DNA of 64,000 bases from an uncultured Klebsiella sp. (lineage in GTDB: Bacteria > Verrucomicrobiota > Verrucomicrobiia > Limisphaerales > SXTU01): positions 1,730 through 65,729 of the forward strand of contig CAZOCL010000002.1 of NCBI GenBank assembly GCA_964578245.1. Reading direction: 5' to 3'. The position numbers were made by a program, and so were the translations under genes. Numbering within the stretch: the stretch's first letter is position 1; the number at the start of each line of letters is the position of its first letter. Positions 9,897 through 17,946 of the stretch are shown in pieces. The notes below the pieces were generated by a model, which made no database searches, had not been told where the DNA came from, and was given only the letters and a program-made list of their open reading frames with translations.

Positions 9897-10011
9897 CCCG
9901 GTTCGGAGTCCCGCCTTTAGGCGGCGTGTCGTGAGTGGCACCAAAACACGCGCGGATAGCCCACTGGCAATCGGGCGCCTCGCAGCCTAAAGGCGGGACT
10001 CCGAACCGGGG
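9897..10011. repeat. Perfect 27-bp inverted repeat (REP-like element, 'ggcgggactccgaac' family)
   Basis: ccccggttcggagtcccgcctttaggc (9897-9923) is the exact reverse complement of gcctaaaggcgggactccgaaccgggg (9985-10011). A third copy lies inside mfd at 13812-13835. Confidence 0.9.
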
Positions 10012-10140
10012 ACGGCTCCAAGCCGCGCGCATGCAGGTTGGACAGGGCTATCGGTCGAGAGAGCTTCCAGCCACCGCGACGCTTTTAGGCCGGCGGTTTT
10101 TCCCCTTTCAAGATTCCGGTTGCCAACCGCCGAATCCTGA

Positions 10141-10185
10141 GTTACTGCTATTTCAGTAGTAACAGAAATTACTGATACTGAAATC
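10141..10185. promoter_or_regulatory. AT-rich nested palindrome directly upstream of the 10200 gene (candidate operator)
   Basis: atttcagta (10150-10158) pairs with tactgaaat (10176-10184). gttact (10141-10146) pairs with agtaac (10158-10163). It is a strongly AT-rich island in a GC-rich context, 15 nt before the ATG. Confidence 0.35.
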
Positions 10186-10199
10186 GAGAAAGGCCTCCT

Positions 10200-10631
10200 A
10201 TGAACCCCGCTGAACCAAACCCCGCTGCCATGAACCTCATCGTCTGGACCTACGTCGTTTACCTGCTGGCGAGCGTGGCGCTCACCGTGTGGGTGGCGAA
10301 GACCCTGCACAAGAACGGCCGCATCTTCCTGGTGGACAGCTTTGGCGGGAACGAGCCGCTGGCGGACTCGGTGAACCACCTGCTCGTCGTGGGCTTCTAC
10401 CTGATGAACATCGGCTACGTGACCCTCGCCTTGAAATACGGCGTGGAGATCGCCAACACCCGTGAGGCCATCGAGACCTTCAGCACCAAGATCGGCATGG
10501 TGCTCATGGTCCTGGGCGTAATGCACTTCTTCAACCTGCTCGTCTTCACGCGGATGCGCCGCCGGGCGCTGCTGCACAAGGTCCCGCCGCCGGTCCCGCC
10601 CACAGGCAACCTGCGCCCCGTCAACCTCTGA
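10200..10631 (+). CDS. Small integral membrane protein, unknown function
   Basis: Three or four hydrophobic segments (LIVWTYVVYLLASVALTVWV, LLVVGFYLMNIGYVTL, IGMVLMVLGVMHFFNLLVF) and a Pro-rich tail. Confidence 0.55.
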   Translation: MNPAEPNPAAMNLIVWTYVVYLLASVALTVWVAKTLHKNGRIFLVDSFGGNEPLADSVNHLLVVGFYLMNIGYVTLALKYGVEIANTREAIETFSTKIGMVLMVLGVMHFFNLLVFTRMRRRALLHKVPPPVPPTGNLRPVNL

Positions 10632-10674
10632 AACCTCACGCCCGGCGCGGGCCGACCGCGCCGGGCCTCCTGCC

Positions 10675-11142
10675 ATGAAAACTCTCTACATTCTCTACGA
10701 CGACGGCTGCGCTTTTTGCCGCCGCTGCCGAGACTGGCTGGCCCAGCAGGAGTGCTTGGTGCAACTGCACCCGCTGGCACATCAGGCACCGGAGGTTTTG
10801 TGCCGCTTCCCGGAAGTTCAGTCCTACCTTCACCCCCGCGAACTGACCGTGATCAGTGACACCGGCGAGGTCTGGCATGGGCCGGCGGCGATGGTGGTCT
10901 GCCTGCACGCCATTGAGGAACACCGTAAGATCGCGGCCCGCCTGGCGGAACCAGGGCTGCTGCCGTATGCGCAGAAGGCCTTCGAGTTCCTGATGGACCA
11001 CCCTGAACAGCTCACCCCCTGGCTGCTCTACACCCCGCAGGCCACGGTGGAACAGGCCCTCCGCCACTACACCCTAACCGAGGGCCAGATGAAGCCTGGC
11101 CAAAGCGCGCGGGCAAGGCCGCCGGCCTTCCCCGTGGCGTGA
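10675..11142 (+). CDS. DCC-family thiol-disulfide oxidoreductase (DUF393-like)
   Basis: N-terminal LYILYDDGCAFCRRC, the CxxC motif characteristic of the DCC family. Confidence 0.68.
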   Translation: MKTLYILYDDGCAFCRRCRDWLAQQECLVQLHPLAHQAPEVLCRFPEVQSYLHPRELTVISDTGEVWHGPAAMVVCLHAIEEHRKIAARLAEPGLLPYAQKAFEFLMDHPEQLTPWLLYTPQATVEQALRHYTLTEGQMKPGQSARARPPAFPVA

Positions 11143-11148
11143 ATGACA

Positions 11149-11251
11149 CGTGGCGCGCGGCGTTCACGCCGCTTCACGCTGGGGCGCTTAGGCGTGAGCG
11201 GAAGCGCTGTGGTGTCTGAACGGTGAAGCGGCCTGAAGGCCGCGCGCCACG
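11149..11251. terminator. Inverted pair of 'gcggcc-tgaa-ggccgc' elements between the convergent DCC gene and mfd (bidirectional-terminator-like)
   Basis: Perfect hairpin gcggcc/tgaa/ggccgc at 11228-11243 within cggtgaagcggcctgaaggccgcgcgccacg (11221-11251). A degenerate inverted copy lies at 11149-11179. Confidence 0.4.
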
Positions 11252-11254
11252 GGC

Positions 11255-14200
11255 TCAGAGCGACAGCAGCAGTTTCTTGATCTCCTTCAGGATCGCCAGC
11301 GGCTCGGTCTTCATCAGGCGGGGGAACTTGCCGCCGAGCTGAATGAAGTCGCCGCGGCGGTGGAGCATGAGCTTGTCGCCCTTCGTCTCCACCGCATCCA
11401 GGCCGCGCTCGCCCGCCAGCAGCTTCAGCTCCGTGGCTTGCAACAGCAGTTCCACCGGCTTGGGCCACTTGCCATAGCGGTCCCGGAGTTCCCGGCCGAG
11501 CGCGTCCACGTCCGCCTTCGTCGCCGCCTGGGCAAGCTTGCGGTAGGCTTCGATGCGATGCTGCGGCTCGGGCACGTAGGCGGGGGGCAGGAAGGCGCCA
11601 GCGAGCGGCGTTTTGAGTTTCGCGTTTTGGGTTTCGAGTTCGGAGTGGTCGGGGCGGTCGGGTTGCACCCAGACGTCCGTATCTCGTGGGACTGATATGG
11701 AAGGCGTGGTGCGTGGTGCGTGGTGCGTGGTGCGTGACGGCGTTCGATGCCCTTTGGCGTCGGGCACGGAACACGGAACACGCAACACGTCCGGTTTCTC
11801 CTCCACCGGGTTCATGGCCAGGAAGTCCAGGCGCAGCACCACGTCGGTCCGCTTCGCCAGCTTCTCGCCCTTCAGCGCGGCGACGCTTTGCTTGAGCAAA
11901 TTACAGTAAAGCTCGAAGCCCACGGCGGTGATGTGGCCGCTCTGCTGGGAGCCGAGGAGGTTGCCCGCACCGCGGATTTCGAGGTCGCGCATGGCGATCT
12001 TGAAGCCGCTGCCGAGCTGCGCGTATTGCTTGATGGCGCTCATGCGCTTGCGCACGTCGGTAAGCATGCGCGCATGCCGGGGCAGCAGCAGGTAGGCGAA
12101 GGCTTGGTGCTTGTAGCGGCCCACACGCCCGCGCAACTGATACAACTGGCTCAACCCAAAGCGATCGGCGCGGTCAATGATCAGCGTGTTCGCGTTCGGG
12201 ATGTCCAGGCCGCTCTCGATGATGGTCGTGGAGATGAGCACGTCCGCCTCGCCGTTCACGAACTTGGTCATCACTTCCTCCAGTTCGTCGCCGCTCATCT
12301 GCCCGTGGCCGACGAGGATGCGGGCGTTGGGCACGAGAAGCTGCACACGGGACCGCATCACCTCGATGGTCGTCACGCGGTTGTGCAGGAAAAACACCTG
12401 GCCGCCCCGCTCCAGCTCGCGCCGGATGGCGTCGCGGATGAGCCGCTCATCGTAGTGCTCCACGATGGTCTCGACCGGCAGCCGATCCTGCGGTGGCGTC
12501 TGGATGGTGCTCATGTCCCGCGCGCCGGTGAGCGCGAGATACAGGGTGCGCGGGATGGGCGTGGCGCTGAGGGTGAGCACGTCCACATGCGTGCGCATGA
12601 GCTTGAACTTCTCCTTGTGCATCACGCCGAAGCGCTGCTCTTCGTCAATGACCACGAGGCCGAGGTCCTTGAACGTCACGTCGCTCTGCACGAGGCGGTG
12701 TGTGCCGATCACGATGTCCACCGCGCCGGCGGCGAGCTGCTCCACGACCTTGAGCTGCTCCTTGCGCGTGCGGAAGCGAGAGAGCAGCTCGACGCGCACT
12801 GGGTAGTCCGCCATGCGGTCGCGGAAGGTGTTGTAATGCTGCTGCGCCAGCACGGTGGTGGGCACGAGGATGGCCACCTGCTTGCCGCCCATCACGGCCT
12901 TGAACGCGGCGCGGATGGCCACCTCGGTCTTGCCGAAGCCCACGTCGCCGCAGATGAGGCGGTCCATGGGCTTGGGGATTTCGAGGTCGTGCTTGGCGTC
13001 CTCGATCGCGCGGTGCTGGTCGGGCGTCTCCTCGAAGAGGAAGGACGCCTCGAACTCGCGCTGCCACGGCGTGTCGGGGCCGAAGGCGTAGCCGGGCTGC
13101 GTGGCGCGCTTGGCCTGGATGGCGAGCAGCTCGGAGGCGAGGTCGCGCACGGCGCGTTCGGCCTGCTGCTTGGTCTTCTCCCAACGCTTGCCGCCGAGCG
13201 TGTTCAGCGGCGGACGCGCCTTGCCTGCGCCGACGTATTTGCCGACCAGGTGCGCCTCGGTGATGGGCACGTAGAGCTTCGGCGGCTCGCGGTCGGTGTC
13301 GGACGGCGCGTATTCGATGACGAGGCATTCCTGGCCGGACTCGGTCGCAGCAGGCTGGTCCGGTTCGAGCAGGGTGCGGTCCTTGCGACCGCCCACGGGC
13401 AGCACTTTCAGGCCACGGAAACGCCCGATGCCGTGCTGGAGGTGGACCACGTAATCGCCTTCCTCAAGTTCGCTGAAATCAATGTCCAGGGCGGAACGCG
13501 CCGCGATGGCGTGCGCCGACTTCATGCGGCGGGGGCGCTGGACTTTGTAACGGCCGAAGATCTCGGCGTCGGTCACCACGACGAACTTCGCGGCCTCGCA
13601 GAGGAAGCCGCGGGCGAGCGTGCCGAGGTGGACGGAGGGGAATGGGAGCGGGGATGGGGTCTGGCGTTTGGGGTCTGGGGCGGAGGCGGCCGACTTACGT
13701 AAGCGTGGCCGTCCTCCCTCACCCCGGCCCTCTCCCGCTGGGAGAGGGGGGACATCGTCCGCGCTAGAGCTTGCTGGCCGCGCTTGTGACTCAGCGGCGA
13801 TTGGCGCGCTCGCCGCCTGAAGGCGGGACTCCGAACTAGGGATGGTGCCCAAGCCCATTTCCTGCCACAGCTCGCCGAACCGCTGGGCCTCCCCATCGTT
13901 GTTGCACAACACATGGACCGCGAAGCCCGTGCGCAGCCAGCGCTGGAGCTGGAGGAAGAATTCCCGGCGCTGGGCCTCGGCGACTTCCGGCGCGGAGGGG
14001 CGGTCGGCGATGGGGCGGAAGGCTTCGAGGGAGGAGAGGGAGAGGGAGGAGTGATTAGTAATTAGTGAAGAGTGGGGGCCACGGGGCGAGGGATGCGCGG
14101 ACTGCGACAGCGCCCTGCTTTCTCCCTCGCCCCCATCGGGGGAGAGGGCTGGGGTGAGGGGGCGGGCATCAGCAGCAAGAAGATCGTCAGGATTATCCGA

Positions 14201-15391
14201 ACCCTCCAACTCAGTCTCCGCTGCCAACACTTCATCCTCCAGCATGGCCAGCACGGTCAGCTTGCGGCGGAGCAGTTCCTCGCGCAGCTCTGCCCACGTT
14301 GCGAAGAACGGATCGTTCTCGGGCACCATCTCGCCGTAATCCTCGGCGTGACGCTCGATGGCGGCGGGGTCGCAGAGGAGGACGATGGCGTCGTCGGGGA
14401 GATAATCGAGCAGCGTCGCCAGTGGCGCGTGGCCTTCAGGCCGCTTCGACGTGGTGGCTTCGGGCGTTTCCGAGGCTGCTGGAGCCGACTGGACTCCGTC
14501 CGGTGAAGCGGCCTGAAGGCCGCGCGCCACGCCTACCTCGCGCTTGAGCACTCCGAGTTCCCCAGCGGGTGGTAGGGTGATCTGGTCCAGCTCCCCGCCG
14601 TCGCGCGAGATTTGGGTGACGGGATCGAAGGTGCGCAGGGATTCAAGTTCATCGCCGAAGAATTCCAACCGCACTGGCCAGGGGCTGGTGAGCGGAAAGA
14701 CGTCCACGATGCCGCCGCGCAGGGCGATGTCGCCCTTCGCCGAGACCTGCGCCTCGGAGTCGTAGCCGTTGTCCTCCAGCCACTCGATGAGGTCCATGGG
14801 CTCGATGCGGTCGCCGCGGCGCAGGGTGCGCATGCGGTCGGCCAGCATGGCGGGCGGGAAGGTGCGCTGGAGGAGGGCGGTGATGCTGGTGGTGAGCAAT
14901 GCGGAACGCGGAGTGCGGAATGCGGAATCAAGGCCGGGCGCTTGCGGGCTCGGATTCCGCACTCCGCCTTCCGCACTCCGCATTAACTCCACCAACGTTT
15001 CGAGGCGTTCACTGATGACGTCCGCGTGAGGCAGCTTGTCCTGATGCGGCAGGATTTCCCAGGCGGGGAAGAAGAGGGGGCGCGGATGCTGGATGCTGGA
15101 TGCTGGATGCTGGATGGCCGAGGAGTTCCGCGGTCCGCTGTGGCCGAGCCAGGTTTCCAGGTCTTGCTGGAGGACTTCCTGTGCCTTGAGATTCTCCGCT
15201 ACGAGCACTACTGGACGGGCGGGAAGTTCCTGATGCAGCCAGGCAGCGAGAAAGGCATGAGCGGAGCCGGTGATCCCCTCACACGTCAATGCGCCGCCCG
15301 ACTCCACACGCCGCAGCAGGGCCTGCGCGGCGGGAGCTTGGCGGAGCCGCGTGAACAGATGGTCGAACATACGGGCCGAAGCCCGTTTCAA
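11255..15391 (-). CDS. mfd: Transcription-repair coupling factor Mfd, expanded by in-frame repeat insertions
   Basis: [11 protein letters not shown] Walker [11 protein letters not shown] box, helicase C-terminal motifs (LRGRVGR) and the CarD-like region [12 protein letters not shown]. It is 1378 codons; the start may instead be MFDHLF at 15370. Confidence 0.95.
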   Translation of the reverse strand: MKRASARMFDHLFTRLRQAPAAQALLRRVESGGALTCEGITGSAHAFLAAWLHQELPARPVVLVAENLKAQEVLQQDLETWLGHSGPRNSSAIQHPASSIQHPRPLFFPAWEILPHQDKLPHADVISERLETLVELMRSAEGGVRNPSPQAPGLDSAFRTPRSALLTTSITALLQRTFPPAMLADRMRTLRRGDRIEPMDLIEWLEDNGYDSEAQVSAKGDIALRGGIVDVFPLTSPWPVRLEFFGDELESLRTFDPVTQISRDGGELDQITLPPAGELGVLKREVGVARGLQAASPDGVQSAPAASETPEATTSKRPEGHAPLATLLDYLPDDAIVLLCDPAAIERHAEDYGEMVPENDPFFATWAELREELLRRKLTVLAMLEDEVLAAETELEGSDNPDDLLAADARPLTPALSPDGGEGESRALSQSAHPSPRGPHSSLITNHSSLSLSSLEAFRPIADRPSAPEVAEAQRREFFLQLQRWLRTGFAVHVLCNNDGEAQRFGELWQEMGLGTIPSSESRLQAASAPIAAESQARPASSSADDVPPLPAGEGRGEGGRPRLRKSAASAPDPKRQTPSPLPFPSVHLGTLARGFLCEAAKFVVVTDAEIFGRYKVQRPRRMKSAHAIAARSALDIDFSELEEGDYVVHLQHGIGRFRGLKVLPVGGRKDRTLLEPDQPAATESGQECLVIEYAPSDTDREPPKLYVPITEAHLVGKYVGAGKARPPLNTLGGKRWEKTKQQAERAVRDLASELLAIQAKRATQPGYAFGPDTPWQREFEASFLFEETPDQHRAIEDAKHDLEIPKPMDRLICGDVGFGKTEVAIRAAFKAVMGGKQVAILVPTTVLAQQHYNTFRDRMADYPVRVELLSRFRTRKEQLKVVEQLAAGAVDIVIGTHRLVQSDVTFKDLGLVVIDEEQRFGVMHKEKFKLMRTHVDVLTLSATPIPRTLYLALTGARDMSTIQTPPQDRLPVETIVEHYDERLIRDAIRRELERGGQVFFLHNRVTTIEVMRSRVQLLVPNARILVGHGQMSGDELEEVMTKFVNGEADVLISTTIIESGLDIPNANTLIIDRADRFGLSQLYQLRGRVGRYKHQAFAYLLLPRHARMLTDVRKRMSAIKQYAQLGSGFKIAMRDLEIRGAGNLLGSQQSGHITAVGFELYCNLLKQSVAALKGEKLAKRTDVVLRLDFLAMNPVEEKPDVLRVPCSVPDAKGHRTPSRTTHHAPRTTPSISVPRDTDVWVQPDRPDHSELETQNAKLKTPLAGAFLPPAYVPEPQHRIEAYRKLAQAATKADVDALGRELRDRYGKWPKPVELLLQATELKLLAGERGLDAVETKGDKLMLHRRGDFIQLGGKFPRLMKTEPLAILKEIKKLLLSL
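11704..11789. repeat. Heptamer arrays inside mfd: (gcgtggt)x4, a spacer, then (cacggaa/cacgcaa)x3
   Basis: 11704-11736 is gcgtggt repeated. 11765-11789 is cacggaa cacggaa cacgcaa cacg. They are translated in Mfd as ...[16 protein letters not shown]... Confidence 0.85.
13714..13751. repeat. 'ccctcacccc...ccctctccc-gct-gggagaggg' hairpin element inside mfd
   Basis: Read directly from the sequence. It encodes ...[13 protein letters not shown]... in Mfd. An inverted copy lies at 14118-14163. Confidence 0.8.
13812..13835. repeat. Copy of the 'ccgcc-tgaa-ggcgggactccgaac' element inside mfd
   Basis: ccgcctgaaggcgggactccgaac belongs to the same family as the 9897-10011 arms. It is translated as SESRLQAAS. 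Confidence 0.85.
14118..14163. repeat. Inverted copy of the 'gggagaggg...ggggtgaggg' element inside mfd
   Basis: ctttctccctcgcccccatcgggggagagggctggggtgaggg, translated as [15 protein letters not shown]. Confidence 0.8.
14501..14533. repeat. Second copy of the 11221-11251 hairpin element, this one inside mfd
   Basis: cggtgaagcggcctgaaggccgcgcgccacg is identical over 31 nt to 11221-11251. It is translated as [11 protein letters not shown]. Confidence 0.9.
14901..14983. repeat. Long imperfect hairpin of 'gcggaat/gcggagt' heptamers inside mfd
   Basis: The arm gcggaacgcggagtgcggaatgcggaatc (14901-14929) faces gattccgcactccgccttccgcactccgcat (14952-14983). It is translated as [21 protein letters not shown]. 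Confidence 0.85.
15084..15115. repeat. Tandem heptanucleotide array (ggatgct) of about 4.5 units inside mfd
   Basis: ggatgctggatgctggatgctggatgctggat, translated on the minus strand as [14 protein letters not shown]. Confidence 0.9.
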
Positions 15392-15435
15392 CCGCAGGCT
15401 GGCATTCGCGTGGTGAAAGCGTCAAGGGGTGGTTA

Positions 15436-15592
15436 AATTCCAAGTTTCAAATCCCAAATTCCAAAGAAGTTCCAAACTCCAAGCTCCAAGTGGGCTTGCC
15501 GTTCGATCAGGTCGGTGAGCTTCCCGGACGCCTGGCAGATTGGAATTTGAAACTTGGAGCTTGTTTGGATTTTGGAACTTGGAATTTGGACT
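15436..15592. repeat. Foldback element built from 'ccaaa(t/c)tccaa' units in the mfd/hisA divergent intergenic region
   Basis: The left arm (15436-15490) and right arm (15539-15592) are imperfect reverse complements flanking a unique spacer of about 48 nt. Related units occur at 11610-11645, 19997-20024 and 24735-24767. Confidence 0.8.
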
Positions 15593-15646
15593 TTCCCCCC
15601 GCGATTGCCACTCGACACCCGCCCTGCCCCGCTGAAAACTTCCCGC

Positions 15647-16411
15647 GTGTTCCGTCCCTGCATTGACCTGCACGAAGGCAAGGTAAAGCAAATCGTCGGC
15701 GGCTCGCTGCAAGACAGCGGGGCTGGCCTGCGCACCAATTTCGTGAGCGAGCGGCCTGCGTCGTGGTTCGCCGAACTGTATCGGCGCGATGGGCTGACAG
15801 GAGGGCATGTCATTCAGCTTGGGGCGGGCAATGAGACGGCAGCCCGTGAGGCGCTCGCGGCCTTTCCCGGCGGGCTGCACCTCGGTGGCGGGGTGAACCT
15901 CGACAATGCGCGCGGCTGGCTGGATGCGGGGGCGTCGCACGTCATTGTGACGTCCTGGGTCTTCCGGGATGGGCAGCTCGATTTCGACCGCGTGCGTGCA
16001 CTGGTGAAGGCGATTGGCAAGGAGCGGCTGGTGCTGGACCTGAGTTGCCGACTCCGCGGCGACAAGTATTGGGTGGTGACGGACCGCTGGCAGAAGTTCA
16101 CCGAGTTCACGGTGAGCGAGGACGCGCTGACGCGGCTGGCGGTGCACTGCGCGGAGTTCCTCGTGCACGCCGTGGATGTGGAGGGTTTGTGCCAGGGCGT
16201 GGACCTGCGGCTGGTGGAGAAGCTAGCCCACTGGTCGCCCATCCCGGTGACATATGCGGGCGGGGCGCGAGCGATGACCGATCTGGAGGAAGTCACCTGG
16301 GCCGGGCGCGGGCGGGTGCATCTGACCATCGGATCGGCGCTGGATATCTTTGGTGGCACGGGTGTGCGGTATGAGGATGCGGTGGCGTTTAATCGGATGG
16401 CGTCCAGTTAG
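15647..16411 (+). CDS. hisA: ProFAR isomerase, eukaryote/His6-type HisA
   Basis: FRPCIDLHEGKVKQIVGGSL...VIVTSWVF...LVLDLSCR...FLVHAVDVEGLCQGVD...TYAGGA...GSALDIFGG is colinear with yeast His6. The probable start is the GTG at 15647. Confidence 0.85.
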   Translation: MFRPCIDLHEGKVKQIVGGSLQDSGAGLRTNFVSERPASWFAELYRRDGLTGGHVIQLGAGNETAAREALAAFPGGLHLGGGVNLDNARGWLDAGASHVIVTSWVFRDGQLDFDRVRALVKAIGKERLVLDLSCRLRGDKYWVVTDRWQKFTEFTVSEDALTRLAVHCAEFLVHAVDVEGLCQGVDLRLVEKLAHWSPIPVTYAGGARAMTDLEEVTWAGRGRVHLTIGSALDIFGGTGVRYEDAVAFNRMASS

Positions 16412-16414
16412 GTT

Positions 16415-16458
16415 GTCCACCCTTGAGGGTGCCTGCGCCGACACGCTGAAGCGTGGAC
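16415..16458 (+). terminator. Double hairpin after hisA (caccc-ttga-gggtg and cacgc-tgaa-gcgtg) enclosed by gtccac/gtggac
   Basis: Read directly: gtccacccttgagggtgcctgcgccgacacgctgaagcgtggac. There is no T-tract, so its role as a terminator is uncertain. Confidence 0.3.
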
Positions 16459-16526
16459 ACCAAGCAAAGCTCCCCGGTGGATAACTACCAGTTGTCGCTT
16501 GTCCTTTACCCCGTTAGCTTCCGGCC

Positions 16527-16661
16527 ATGAAGTGGCTCACGCGGCAGGAGCAGACGGTGCTGTTCACCGTCCTGGCGCTCGTGTTGCTCGGTCTGGCGGT
16601 GAAGACGTATCGAACGTCCACGCTGGTGCCGCAGTCCAACCCGCCGGCAGCCGCTCGCTGA
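16527..16661 (+). CDS. Possible 44-aa single-pass membrane peptide
   Basis: MKWLTRQEQTVLFTVLALVLLGLAVKTYRTSTLVPQSNPPAAAR. Its stop lies 1 nt before the ATG of the next gene. It is below the ORF-track length cutoff. Confidence 0.3.
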   Translation: MKWLTRQEQTVLFTVLALVLLGLAVKTYRTSTLVPQSNPPAAAR

Positions 16662-16662
16662 C

Positions 16663-17037
16663 ATGCAAAAATCACTCAACATCGAGGAGGTCCTCGAATT
16701 CATTCTCAGCTACGATAAACGATATGACATTGAGGCCTATTATTTCGTCCGCGAGGCGTTGGGACTGGCGCAGAAGCGACTCAGCAGAGCAGCATCCCAA
16801 GGGCCACAGCATGTGACCGGGAAGCAATTGCTTGAAGTGATCCGCACCCATGCCTTGGAGCGGTTTGGACCAGCAACTCTGGAGGTGCTGCGGGGATGGG
16901 GTGTGCGCCGCTGCGAGGACTTCGGCGAAATCGTTTTTAACATGGCGGAAACTTCGTTGCTCGGGACGACGGAGAACGACAGTCGTGAAGACTTCAAAGA
17001 CGGTTATGACTTCCGTGAGGCTTTCGGCAAGCCGTAG
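16663..17037 (+). CDS. Minf_1886-family protein (Verrucomicrobia/Planctomycetes-restricted), paralog 1
   Basis: MQKSLNIEEVLEFIL...AYYFVREAL...WGVRRCEDFGEIVFNM...DSREDFKDGYDF. Its GC content is visibly lower than that of its neighbour. Confidence 0.7.
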   Translation: MQKSLNIEEVLEFILSYDKRYDIEAYYFVREALGLAQKRLSRAASQGPQHVTGKQLLEVIRTHALERFGPATLEVLRGWGVRRCEDFGEIVFNMAETSLLGTTENDSREDFKDGYDFREAFGKP

Positions 17038-17054
17038 TCTGCAATACAGCATCC

Positions 17055-17507
17055 ATGCAAAAATCACTCAACATCGAGGAAGTCCTCGAAACCATCGTCG
17101 CCAAGGACACCCGCTATCCGCGCGAGGCCTACTACTTCGTCCGCGAGGCACTGGATGTGGCGCAGAAGAAGTTCACCCGGGCCGGAGGCAAGGCAGCGAT
17201 CAAGGCGGACAAGGACAAGCCCGCCCAGCATGTCAGCGGCCAGCAGTTGCTCGAAGGCATCCGGGAGCACGCGCTGGAGCAGTTCGGCCCGCTCACGCTG
17301 ATGGTGCTGGAGGAATGGGGCGTGCGGCGCTGCGAGGACTTCGGCGAGATCGTCTTCAACATGGTGGAAAGCTCGCTGCTCGGAAAGACCGACAACGACA
17401 GCCGCGAGGATTTCAAGGGCGGGTATGAATTCTTCGAGGCGTTCCGTAAGCCGTATCTGCCGAAGGGGAAGCAGACGGTAAGGGTCGCTACCGAGTCAGC
17501 AACTTGA
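17055..17507 (+). CDS. Minf_1886-family protein, paralog 2
   Basis: It has the same architecture as 16663..17037 plus a 26-aa longer internal loop and a C-terminal tail. The first 26 nt of the two CDSs are identical. Confidence 0.75.
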   Translation: MQKSLNIEEVLETIVAKDTRYPREAYYFVREALDVAQKKFTRAGGKAAIKADKDKPAQHVSGQQLLEGIREHALEQFGPLTLMVLEEWGVRRCEDFGEIVFNMVESSLLGKTDNDSREDFKGGYEFFEAFRKPYLPKGKQTVRVATESAT

Positions 17508-17551
17508 GGCAGCGGCGGCGGCGCACATCACCTGTGGACGGACCAGACCGA

Positions 17552-17923
17552 ATGAAGGCTGACTTTCTTTCTTCCGGTTCGGCGGACTGCCCGCTTCTAC
17601 GCTTGTTCGATTTTACTTTTGCGGAAGTGGCGGCGCTCCGCGACACGTTTTTAGAGTTGGCCGCTGGTAAGATTCGCCACCGACAGCTCAAGGAATTCGT
17701 GTCGTTGGAAGCAAACACCGCCATCCAACTTACTTTTGAAGCAGGCAGCACAGACGCAGGCGTCGTGCCGGGGACAAACGCGAGTTTTGCGGTAATCCTC
17801 ACCCCGACTGGCTGGGAGCAAGTGGCCGGATTGGTGGAGCCTTTTCTTGACGGCGATTACGGGTATCAATGGCTCGTCGAAGGCCGTGTGCGACTGCTGC
17901 TGTCGAAGGATGGATCTTGGTAG
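17552..17923 (+). CDS. Hypothetical protein
   Basis: ATG at 17552 (MKADFLSSGSADCPLLRLFDF...). The composition looks coding, no motif was recognised, and GC is lower than the surroundings. Confidence 0.45.
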   Translation: MKADFLSSGSADCPLLRLFDFTFAEVAALRDTFLELAAGKIRHRQLKEFVSLEANTAIQLTFEAGSTDAGVVPGTNASFAVILTPTGWEQVAGLVEPFLDGDYGYQWLVEGRVRLLLSKDGSW

Positions 17924-17946
17924 AGCATTCACTTGTGCTTCACTAG

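Noticed and set aside
8520-9944. 474-aa minus-strand ORF opposite the deoxyhypusine-synthase gene
   Set aside because: It is an antisense shadow ORF. The plus strand has a clear family match and coding-like composition.
11747-13702. 651-aa ORF on the plus strand opposite mfd
   Set aside because: It is a shadow ORF typical of GC-rich DNA. The opposite strand encodes unmistakable Mfd helicase motifs. The translation is Ala/Arg/Gly/His-rich with no recognisable motif.
13714-14163. Inverted 'gggagaggg/ggggtgaggg' elements as the termini of a single 450-bp MITE inserted in mfd
   Set aside because: The sequence between them encodes conserved-looking Mfd segments ([25 protein letters not shown]). 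The two copies are therefore better explained as independent small insertions.
16473-16481. DnaA-box-like ggtggataa, and the rpmH-rnpA-yidC neighbourhood, as a hint of oriC
   Set aside because: Only one near-consensus box was seen, there is no dnaA or dnaN in the window, and no AT-rich unwinding element is adjacent. This is insufficient evidence for an origin.
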